Part shown: piece after piece, positions 41,249 through 49,809 of the stretch
How positions within the stretch are numbered: the stretch's first letter is position 1
How the letters are laid out: the number at the start of each line of letters is the position of its first letter
Assembly (NCBI GenBank): GCA_965224025.1
Contig: OZ245033.1
Coordinates: 4,704,001 to 4,768,000 of the forward strand
Direction of reading: 5' to 3'
DNA: 64,000 bases
Source of the DNA: Candidatus Multivorans sp.
GTDB taxonomy: Bacteria > Acidobacteriota > Thermoanaerobaculia > Multivoradales > Multivoraceae
Made by a program: the position numbers and the translations under genes
The notes under the pieces: generated by a model
What the model was told of the DNA's origin: nothing
Seen by the model: only the letters and a program-made list of their open reading frames with translations
Databases searched by the model: none

Positions 41249-44200
41249 ATGGCGCTGAACCCGGTTGTCTTCACGGAGAAGGTCCTCCAGAGCTTTCTCC
41301 GTTACCAGTTGCGGGCTTATCCGTTCGCGGATCCGCGCCTGCACGGACAGATGCGGGAACTGCTGTCGCTCGACGAGGCGCGCGAGTCGCCGTTGCTGCA
41401 AGGGCCGTTCGTCAGCCTCTCGCGGCCCTTCAGCGGCGGCGCGGCGGTGGCGGACCTGGCGGCCGAAGAGCTGCTCCACCCACACCTGGAGCAGCGGATT
41501 CCGAGCGCCGTCTCGCAGCTCTACCGGCACCAGGAGAAGGCGATCCGCGCGATCGTCGGGGGTCGCTCGACGCTCGTTTCGACCGGCACCGGCTCGGGCA
41601 AGACGGAGTGCTTCCTCCACCCGATCGTCAGTCGATGCCTGCGTCTGCGGGACGAGGGTGCGGCGGCCGGCATCAGCGCCGTGATCGTCTATCCGATGAA
41701 CGCGCTGGCCGAGGACCAGTTGATGCGGTTGCGCTCGCTGCTGGCGGGCACCGGCGTTTCGTTCGGCATGTACGTCGGCAAGACGCCGGAGAGAGAAGGC
41801 GACGTGGGCGGCGTCAGGCTTCCTCCGGGGTCTTCCCGCTCGGACTACGAGGCGCAGCTCGAGGCTGTGCGCGCGGCCAAGAGCGGCGAGAGCGTGTTAC
41901 CGGCCGAAGAGGCCTGCTCGCGGGAAGCGATGCGTTCGGCTGGCGGGCAACCGCGAATCCTGCTCACCAACGTGAAGCAACTGGAGCTGCTTCTCACCCG
42001 CCAGCGGGACGCCGAGCTGTTCCAGAACGCCCGCCTCGACTACCTCGTGTTCGACGAGGCACACACGTTCACCGGCGCCAGGGGCGCCGAGACCGCGTGC
42101 CTCATCCGCCGTCTGCGGGCCTTCTGCGGCCGGCAGGCCGAGGACACGGTCTGCGTCGCCACGTCGGCGACGATCGTCGACGCGGAGCGACCGGAGGCGG
42201 CCCGGGTCTTCGCCTCGCGGTTCTTCGGCGTGCCGGAGGAGTCCGTCGAGACGGTTGCGGAGGACTACGAACAGGAGCTCTGGAGCGAGGAGAGATGGCT
42301 GCCAGCGGCGGCGCCAAACGGGGACACAGCCGAACTGCTGGCCGACTGCGTGAAGGCGGTCGAGGAGGACCAGGGCGGACCCGGAGACGCCATCCGCCGC
42401 TCCTACCGGGCGATCGCCCGTCGGGATCTAGGCGGTGAGCCCTGGCCCGAAGCGCTCTACCGAACCCTGGCGCGGAGCGAGATCGTCTATCGGCTGAACG
42501 AGGCGCTGCACGAGCCGCGACCGCTCCACGAACTGCCGCCGAAACTCCAGGAAGCCCTCGACCGGGAGAGCACGGAGGCCGAGATCCTGGCTTGGCTGAC
42601 CCTGGCCGCCGCGGCGCGCGGCGATGGCCGGCCTCTGCTGCGGCCGGTGGTCCACGGCTTCGTCCGCGGCATTCCCGGAGCGGTCGTGTCCTTTCCGCAC
42701 GGGACGAACGAACCCCGGCTGTGGTTGGCCGCGGAAGACGAGATCGACCACGGCGAGGCGGAATCTGCCGACGAGGCCGAACCGTCGGGCGAAGCGCGGT
42801 CGGCGCATCTGCCCGTGCTCACCTGCACCACCTGCGGTCAGCACTACTACGAGGCCCATCTCGAGGACTTCTCGTTCGGCGGCCGACGCCCCGGCGGCGG
42901 CGAGCCGCATGGGAAAGGTGTCGTCTGGCGAAAGCTCGACGAGGCCCGGCAGGGGAAGCGAGTGGTCCTGGTGGACCGGCTGATCGGCGGCGACGAGCAC
43001 GACGCGGAGGACGAAGACGGTCCGGGCCCGGGACGACGCAACGGGAACAGTGAAGCCGCGAACGTTCTCGAACGGCGAACAGCTCCGATCCACCTCTGCC
43101 GGCACTGCGGCGCGGCGCATGAACGATCAGGCGGGAATTGCTTCGCCTGCGGCGCGCCCGGGCCGCGAATCCGCCTTCACGCCGTCCGTCAGAAGCCGGA
43201 CAGGCCCGGGGTTCTGACGAGCTGCCTCTCGTGCAACGCGTTGGGCGGCCGGGGCGGAGGCGGCCGCTACCGCGAACCGGCGCGGCCCGTGCGCGCCAGC
43301 AACGCCGCCGACGTGCACGTTCTGGCTCAGGACATGGTCCAACAGTCGAAGCGGCGGCGGCTGCTCGTGTTCTGCGACAACCGCCAGGATGCCGCCTTCC
43401 AGGCCGGATGGATGAAGGACCACGCCCGCCGGTTCCGGCTGCGGTCGTTGATGGCGGACGGACTCAAGGATGGGCACGGGTCGGTAGGCGATCTGACCTG
43501 GTTCCTCGACGACACCCTGGAGAAAAACGAGGGACTCTCGCGCGCCCTGATCCCGGAGGTCTGGGTCGTGGCCCGCCGGGAGGCCGCCGGCCAACGCCAC
43601 CGCGACGAGCGGCGAAAGTTCCTGCGCATGCAGGTGCTGCGGGAGATCTCGGAGTCCGCCCGGCAACCCCTGGGGCTGGAACCCTGGGGGCGGATGAAGG
43701 TCGACTACGCCGGCCTGGACGCTTCACTGCCGTGGATCCAGGATCACGCCAACCGGCTCGGGCTGCCGCCGGAATCCATGCGCGAGGGGGTCGCCGCGGC
43801 ACTCGACTACGTTCGCCGGCAGAAGGTCCTCTACGACGCGGAGTATCTGACCTTCACCCGGAACCGCCTCGCCGGCGACCTGGAGATCCAGCAGGGCTAT
43901 CTCCGGCGTTCCGGCGGACCCAAGGGCGTCAAGTTGAAACGCGGCCCCGGCGACGATCCCGGCCGCGTCCTCCAATGGCTGAGCGAGGGCGGCCAGACCA
44001 CGATGAAGCAGATGGCCGCGAAGTGGGGCGCCGAGCCGGAGCAGGCGGAGGAGCTGCTGCGGAGCCTGTTCGAGATGCTGGCCGAGCGCGGCCTGCTGAA
44101 GCAGGTGCAGCTTCTGGGCGCCCGCGGCCGCGCGATGCCGAACGCCAGCGGCGTCTACCAGGTCGACGCCGACCGGATCGAGCTGTCGCCCCATCGCGGC

Positions 44201-47200
44201 GTCTACCGCTGCCGCAGTTGCCGCGCCCGCACGGTCCGCCGGACGCCGCGCGACCGCTGCCCGGCCTGGCGGTGCAACGGCACGCTGGAATGGCTGCGCG
44301 AAGACCCGGACGACTACGACCTGCAGCTCCTGGACGGCGGCTACTCCATGCTCCGCCCGGAGGAGCACACGGCGATGGTTCCGAATCGGGAGCGGGAACG
44401 GCTGGAGAACCTGTTCAAGGGTCGAAGCGACGCGGTGAACTGCTTCGTCTGCACCGCGACCCTTGAACTCGGGGTCGACATCGGCGCCCTGGATGCGGTG
44501 CTGATGCGCAACGTACCGCCCCTGCCCGCCAACTACTGGCAGCGGGCCGGCCGCGCCGGCCGGCGTCATCGGATGGCCGTCGATCTCACGTACTGCCGGC
44601 CCGTGTCTCACGACCGCGCCTACTTCGCCCAGCCCGAGAAGCTGCTTGCCGGCCGAGTCGACCCGCCGGCCTTCAACCTGAGCAACGACGTGATGGTCCG
44701 CAAGCATGTGAACGCCTCCGTCCTCACCGCGTTGCAGCGGCTCAGCCGTGAAGACGCCGCCGCACCGGGCGAACCTCCTTCGGCCGGGAAAGAGCAGATC
44801 CGAACGGCGCTCGAACGCTGCCTGCCGCGCCGCGTCTCGTCCTGGCTGTTCGAGGGCGGCTCCGTGCGTACCTCGCCGTTCGACTTCGGGCCCCTCGCCG
44901 AGGTGATCCGCCGGCACCGGCGCACTCTGCTCGCCGAAGCCGAAGCGGCTTTCGCCCAAGGCTGGCCGGCAGCGGACGCCGCGGCGGTTACGCCGGAGGC
45001 GCTGGGCCGCTGCGTCGACTCCTTCACTGCCGGCCTCGAGGAAGCAGAGCGGTCGCTGCGGCGCCGGCTGGAGTGGGCGCTCGCGCAGATGGAGAGGCTG
45101 CACGAGACCCGCCGCCAGCGCGGCTCGCTCGACCCGGAGGACGACGCTCTGTTCCACCGTTGCGACCGCCTGGTCAAGCGGCTCAAGGGACAGGCGCGCG
45201 CAAACCGCCGCGACGCCCAGGGGCATCACGACGCGAACACGTTCAACGTGTTGGCGGCGCAGGGCTTCCTCCCCGGCTACGGACTTGAGACCGGGTCCGT
45301 CCAGGCGATGGCGGAGGTGCCGGTCTGGCATTCCGGGGCGCTCGCCTTCAACCTGCCCCGGCCGACAGGAATCGCGCTGCGCGAGTACGTCCCGGGCAAC
45401 TTGATCTACGCCAACGGACACCGTTTCGTGGCCAGGAGGTTTCTGCGCGGGGCAGGCAAGGATCGAGAGGAGATGCCAGCGTTCGAGGTCTCGACCGAGA
45501 ACCAGGCGGTGCGGCAATGCGACGCCGGCGCTCCCGCATCGACGATCGGCGGCGGTGCGCTTCGCACGCTTGCGGTCTGTGACGTGGACCTGGCTCATCA
45601 GTCCCAGATCTCGGACGACGAGGACTACCGCTTTCAGATGGCGGTTGCGGTCCACGGCGTGGAACGCGGCGGGCACCGCGGCGGCCGCGCCTTCCACTGG
45701 GGCGAGCAGGACGCCTTACTACGTCAGGGGGTCGAACTGCGCCTGGTCAATGTGGGCTCCTCGTCCGCGATCGGCGACGGTTCCGGTCTGGGATACCCGG
45801 TATGTGCGGTCTGCGGCCAGAGTGTCTCGCCGCTGTCCTCCGAGCGCCAGCAGACGGAGTTCGCCAAGGGCCACCTGGAGCGGTGCGGTCGCCCGGTGGA
45901 TCGGATCGGCTTTCACGCCGACGTCACTGCCGACGTCCTCTCCCTGCCGGGCCTGCCGGAGCCCGCGACCGCTTACAGCGTGCTGGAGGCACTGCGGTTC
46001 GGCGCCGCCGGCGTGCTGGACATGCACCTGGACGACTTGGCAGTCCTGGTCGTGGGCCAAGTCGACCGCCCCCAGGTGGACGCTCTGCTGTGGGACCCGA
46101 TGCCAGGCGGTTCGGGCCTGCTCCATCAACTCGTCGAGCGCTTCGACGAGGTCGCTCAGGCCGCGGAGGCCGTTGTCGACGGTTGCGCGTCCGGCTGCGA
46201 CCACTCGTGCATCGACTGCCTCCAGACGTTCCGGAACGGCTACTACCACCGGCATCTCAGTCGAAAGATAGCGCTGGAGTGTCTGCGTCAATGGGGGCGC
46301 GAACTGTCGTTCTCGCATCCCATTCCCGCCGCCACGCCCGCCGGGGAGGAGGCAACCGCACAGCCAGTGAACGAGGCCGAGCGCCGCCTCAGACATCTGC
46401 TGGTTGCGGCGGGGTTCCCCGAAGGCGTGCGGGGCGAACAGATCAACCTCGGCCCAGGTCTGGGCACGACGACGCCCGACGTCATCTACCGCGGCCACAG
46501 CGGCATGCCCGATGTGTGCGTCTACCTCGACGGCCTGAGTGAGCACCTGCACGGCGATCCCCGCACCGCCGAGCGGGACCGGGAGATCCGGTACTGGCTG
46601 CGCCAACAAGGTTACGAGGTGGTCGAGATCACCGTGACGGACCTGGATGACGCCGGAGCAATGGCCCGCCACTTCGGCCGGCTCGCCATGTACTTGGGCG
46701 CCGATGAAGTTCGGCAGTCCGTCGATGCCGATGACTCGTGGTTCGAAGCGGCGACACCGGAAGCACCTACCGCTACGGCCGCGCCACCGAAAGAGACTCA
46801 AGCAACCCCGACCGGCGTACTCCGCTTCGTCGAGCCGACGCCAGAGAACCGCTACCGAAGGTGCGTGCCGTTGCTGGAAGACCTCGAAGCCGCGGCAGGC
46901 GACTTCGGTGACCCTCATGGCGCCCTGGGCGAGATTGCGGATTCCGAGACGCCCTGGATCGAGGTCGACCCCGGGCGGCAGCTGACGCCCGACATGTTCG
47001 CGGCCAAGGTCGTTGGACGGTCAATGGAGCCGCGGATTCCGGAGGGTTCCGTGTGCCTGTTCCGTAGGGACGTCGCGGGGAGTCGATCCGGGCGGATCGT
47101 GTTGGTGCGGCTACGGGACGCAGTGGACCCTGAAACCGGTGAGCGCTTCACCGTGAAGCGCTATCGAAGCGAGAAGCGCACCGTCGCAGATGGCCCGTGG

Positions 47201-47335
47201 CGGCATCTCAGCATCACGCTGGAACCCCTGAACCCCGAGTTCTCGCCGATTGAACTGCGTGCGGAAGACGAACAGGGGTCGGGTGCTGTCGACGTCCTGG
47301 CGGAGTTCATGGACGTGCTGGCGGAGCGAAGGTAG
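41249..47335 (+). CDS. Giant DEAH helicase with Zn ribbons, DUF1998, Vsr/DUF559-like nuclease and C-terminal S24 peptidase domain
   Basis: TGTGSGKT, YPMNAL, DEAH, SAT, TATLELGVDIG, QRAGRAGR, DPMPGGSG, C..GC..SC..CL, PD...VYLDG..H...RD, AAG...GRSM...VKR. Confidence 0.9.
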   Translation: MALNPVVFTEKVLQSFLRYQLRAYPFADPRLHGQMRELLSLDEARESPLLQGPFVSLSRPFSGGAAVADLAAEELLHPHLEQRIPSAVSQLYRHQEKAIRAIVGGRSTLVSTGTGSGKTECFLHPIVSRCLRLRDEGAAAGISAVIVYPMNALAEDQLMRLRSLLAGTGVSFGMYVGKTPEREGDVGGVRLPPGSSRSDYEAQLEAVRAAKSGESVLPAEEACSREAMRSAGGQPRILLTNVKQLELLLTRQRDAELFQNARLDYLVFDEAHTFTGARGAETACLIRRLRAFCGRQAEDTVCVATSATIVDAERPEAARVFASRFFGVPEESVETVAEDYEQELWSEERWLPAAAPNGDTAELLADCVKAVEEDQGGPGDAIRRSYRAIARRDLGGEPWPEALYRTLARSEIVYRLNEALHEPRPLHELPPKLQEALDRESTEAEILAWLTLAAAARGDGRPLLRPVVHGFVRGIPGAVVSFPHGTNEPRLWLAAEDEIDHGEAESADEAEPSGEARSAHLPVLTCTTCGQHYYEAHLEDFSFGGRRPGGGEPHGKGVVWRKLDEARQGKRVVLVDRLIGGDEHDAEDEDGPGPGRRNGNSEAANVLERRTAPIHLCRHCGAAHERSGGNCFACGAPGPRIRLHAVRQKPDRPGVLTSCLSCNALGGRGGGGRYREPARPVRASNAADVHVLAQDMVQQSKRRRLLVFCDNRQDAAFQAGWMKDHARRFRLRSLMADGLKDGHGSVGDLTWFLDDTLEKNEGLSRALIPEVWVVARREAAGQRHRDERRKFLRMQVLREISESARQPLGLEPWGRMKVDYAGLDASLPWIQDHANRLGLPPESMREGVAAALDYVRRQKVLYDAEYLTFTRNRLAGDLEIQQGYLRRSGGPKGVKLKRGPGDDPGRVLQWLSEGGQTTMKQMAAKWGAEPEQAEELLRSLFEMLAERGLLKQVQLLGARGRAMPNASGVYQVDADRIELSPHRGVYRCRSCRARTVRRTPRDRCPAWRCNGTLEWLREDPDDYDLQLLDGGYSMLRPEEHTAMVPNRERERLENLFKGRSDAVNCFVCTATLELGVDIGALDAVLMRNVPPLPANYWQRAGRAGRRHRMAVDLTYCRPVSHDRAYFAQPEKLLAGRVDPPAFNLSNDVMVRKHVNASVLTALQRLSREDAAAPGEPPSAGKEQIRTALERCLPRRVSSWLFEGGSVRTSPFDFGPLAEVIRRHRRTLLAEAEAAFAQGWPAADAAAVTPEALGRCVDSFTAGLEEAERSLRRRLEWALAQMERLHETRRQRGSLDPEDDALFHRCDRLVKRLKGQARANRRDAQGHHDANTFNVLAAQGFLPGYGLETGSVQAMAEVPVWHSGALAFNLPRPTGIALREYVPGNLIYANGHRFVARRFLRGAGKDREEMPAFEVSTENQAVRQCDAGAPASTIGGGALRTLAVCDVDLAHQSQISDDEDYRFQMAVAVHGVERGGHRGGRAFHWGEQDALLRQGVELRLVNVGSSSAIGDGSGLGYPVCAVCGQSVSPLSSERQQTEFAKGHLERCGRPVDRIGFHADVTADVLSLPGLPEPATAYSVLEALRFGAAGVLDMHLDDLAVLVVGQVDRPQVDALLWDPMPGGSGLLHQLVERFDEVAQAAEAVVDGCASGCDHSCIDCLQTFRNGYYHRHLSRKIALECLRQWGRELSFSHPIPAATPAGEEATAQPVNEAERRLRHLLVAAGFPEGVRGEQINLGPGLGTTTPDVIYRGHSGMPDVCVYLDGLSEHLHGDPRTAERDREIRYWLRQQGYEVVEITVTDLDDAGAMARHFGRLAMYLGADEVRQSVDADDSWFEAATPEAPTATAAPPKETQATPTGVLRFVEPTPENRYRRCVPLLEDLEAAAGDFGDPHGALGEIADSETPWIEVDPGRQLTPDMFAAKVVGRSMEPRIPEGSVCLFRRDVAGSRSGRIVLVRLRDAVDPETGERFTVKRYRSEKRTVADGPWRHLSITLEPLNPEFSPIELRAEDEQGSGAVDVLAEFMDVLAERR

Positions 47336-47451
47336 ACTTCCGTGCCGGCAGGAGCACCGCCCCAAGGCCGAGTCCCGCGCCTAGCTTCCTGCCTCTAGTC
47401 AGAGCCAGCACTTCGCCCGCTTCGTGCTGGTGGTCGTCTCTTCCCAATCCA

Positions 47452-48846
47452 ATGTCCGCTACCGGCAGCAACAAAAACACATCGAACCTCATTCGTCTCC
47501 GGCGGGTTGAGGTCGAAGGTCTTTTCGGCATCTACGATCACATGATCGATCTGAACCTGGAAGACCGCGTCACGGTCCTCCACGGACCAAACGGTGTTGG
47601 CAAGACCCACACGCTCGGCATGATCAACGCCCTGCTCAGCAAGAACACGGCCTACTTCAAGCAGGTTCCATGCAAGTTGTTCAGGCTCACTTTCGCGGAC
47701 AGCGTGGTCGAGTTGACGCCCGACCTAGCAGCCTCCGAGAGCCGCCCACAACGCGCCCGACTCACGGTCAAACAGGACGAAGAGCGCCGCTCAGAGATGA
47801 TCTCGCTGGGAACTCGAACAGAGGAATGGGAACACCTGCTTCAATTGCTGCAACGCCGCCGCCCGACCGAAGCCGCGGGACTTGCCCCAGGGAGCGAAGA
47901 ACGGGAAGAGCAGGTTCCCGAGCCTGACATGCAATCAACATTCGGCGCGGGACTTCCCGATGGGGACAACGGACCAGGAGCTCCTTCCTGGTTCGATGCC
48001 TTTCTCGACAAGGCGAACACCTACTTCATCGAGGCGCAACGCCTCGTTCGGACGCGAAAGGACCCACGAGAGCGGCCGATGCCTGGCCCGTACGCCAGCG
48101 CGCTTTTCAACCCGCCTTCCAACCCCGACATCTCGGCATCGTTGACGGTCTTGGAGCGGAGTCGAGAGTTTCGTAATCGGCTTCGGGAAACCTTGGCCAA
48201 CTACGGCAGAAGAGCGCAAGTGCTTGACCAGACGTTTCCCCAGCGACTCGTCAAGGCCACTGGCCGTCTCGGAAACGCTGAACTCAACGAACGCATGAAG
48301 GGCCTTGAAAAAGACACTGAACAACTGAAGGAACTCGGTATCTTCGACGAGGCGACCGAGCACCCCACGCGCCCGTTCGACGCCCGACTGCCCGAGCTGA
48401 ACGACACGCAGGCTCGGGTGATGACGCTCTATGTTCAGGACACCGAACGCAAGCTCGGAGAGATCGCCGCGCTGGCCAGCCGAGTCCGGAGTCTCCTCGA
48501 CGGCGTCAACGGAAAGTACAGGCACAAGAGACTCCGAGCCGATCGGGGGGAGGGGCTTGTCGCGGAGACCGACTCAGGGGAGAAGCTGCCGTTGAGTTCG
48601 CTCTCGTCTGGCGAACAGCACGAACTCGTGCTGCACTACGACCTCCTGTTCCGGGTCCCGGAGAACACGATCGTCCTCATCGACGAGCCCGAACTGTCGT
48701 TCCATGTCTCGTGGCAGAAGCGCTTTCTTCCCGAACTGCTGGACATCGCGCAGTTGTCCCGTTTCGATGCCATCGTGGCTACCCACTCGCCCTACATCAT
48801 CGGCGAACGCGACGACCTGATGGTCGGCCTCGGGGACGCTGCCTGA
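47452..48846 (+). CDS. ariA: ABC-type ATPase, PARIS AriA-like
   Basis: GPNGVGKT, LSSGEQ, LIDEPELSFH..WQ, ATHSP; followed by a DUF4435 gene. Confidence 0.75.
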   Translation: MSATGSNKNTSNLIRLRRVEVEGLFGIYDHMIDLNLEDRVTVLHGPNGVGKTHTLGMINALLSKNTAYFKQVPCKLFRLTFADSVVELTPDLAASESRPQRARLTVKQDEERRSEMISLGTRTEEWEHLLQLLQRRRPTEAAGLAPGSEEREEQVPEPDMQSTFGAGLPDGDNGPGAPSWFDAFLDKANTYFIEAQRLVRTRKDPRERPMPGPYASALFNPPSNPDISASLTVLERSREFRNRLRETLANYGRRAQVLDQTFPQRLVKATGRLGNAELNERMKGLEKDTEQLKELGIFDEATEHPTRPFDARLPELNDTQARVMTLYVQDTERKLGEIAALASRVRSLLDGVNGKYRHKRLRADRGEGLVAETDSGEKLPLSSLSSGEQHELVLHYDLLFRVPENTIVLIDEPELSFHVSWQKRFLPELLDIAQLSRFDAIVATHSPYIIGERDDLMVGLGDAA

Positions 48847-48921
48847 CGTCCGGCGAGCCTCACGCGACCCTGCCGCTCCGCCTTGTGCGGATGGGGTCGA
48901 AGGCCTCATATCGAGAACGCG

Positions 48922-49764
48922 ATGCCGCTCGGGGAGAAGACGCCGGGGATTCTGGCGGCCGAAATCGAGATGCACCGGCAAAGCCACTCGGGCGCCTTCC
49001 TGATCGTCGAAGGCCTTGACGACATGCGCTTCTGGCGCAAATGGCGCCACGCAAATTGCGAACTGGTGGCCGGAGAAGGCAAGGCCAACGTGCTCGGAAG
49101 CGTGCAGCGCCTGGACTTGCGCTTGGTCCCCGGCATCCTCGGGGTGGTCGACAGCGACTACGACACCTTCACCGGAAACGACTTGCCCTCGGCCAACTTG
49201 GTGGCCACGGATGCTCATGACCTGGAGTGTCTGCTCTGTCGTTCTGACGCCCTCGACGCCGTCCTGCACGAGCACGGCGACCCGAAGAAGGTCGAGCGCT
49301 TCCAGAACGAGTTCTGCATGGATGTCCGGCAGGCCCTCCTGGAGCGGGCGCTGGTCTTCGGCCGCGTCAGACTGGCGGCCACTCTCCATGACGCCACCGA
49401 TGTGATGCGCGAGATCAGCGTTCCCAGGTTCCTTGACGAACCCAATTGGGCGGTCGATGGCGACGGCCTCCTGGAAACTGTTGCAAGCCTCTCTGACACA
49501 AAGCCAGAAACGTGGCGAGAACGCGTCGGGGACTTGGTCGCTGAAGATCCATGGTACGTGGCGCGGGGACACGACATCGTCGAGATCCTCCGGTCGGGGC
49601 TCAAGAGGGTCCTCGGCAACCTGCGAAACAGCGTCGGCCGCGAAGACATCGCCAAAGATCTACGACTGGCGGCCAGACGAGAGTGCATGGAAAACACGGG
49701 CCTCTGGGCCGGAGTCGGATCCTGGGAGAACGCCAACCAGCCTTTCTCGATCCTGGCGAACTGA
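48922..49764 (+). CDS. ariB: DUF4435 TOPRIM nuclease, PARIS AriB-like
   Basis: LIVEG.DD, GK..V, VDSDYD, HDLE and RGHD motifs. Confidence 0.75.
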   Translation: MPLGEKTPGILAAEIEMHRQSHSGAFLIVEGLDDMRFWRKWRHANCELVAGEGKANVLGSVQRLDLRLVPGILGVVDSDYDTFTGNDLPSANLVATDAHDLECLLCRSDALDAVLHEHGDPKKVERFQNEFCMDVRQALLERALVFGRVRLAATLHDATDVMREISVPRFLDEPNWAVDGDGLLETVASLSDTKPETWRERVGDLVAEDPWYVARGHDIVEILRSGLKRVLGNLRNSVGREDIAKDLRLAARRECMENTGLWAGVGSWENANQPFSILAN

Positions 49765-49809
49765 GTGAACGAATCTCTGAAACGCCGCGAACGCTGCTAG
49801 CTTTCTCGC

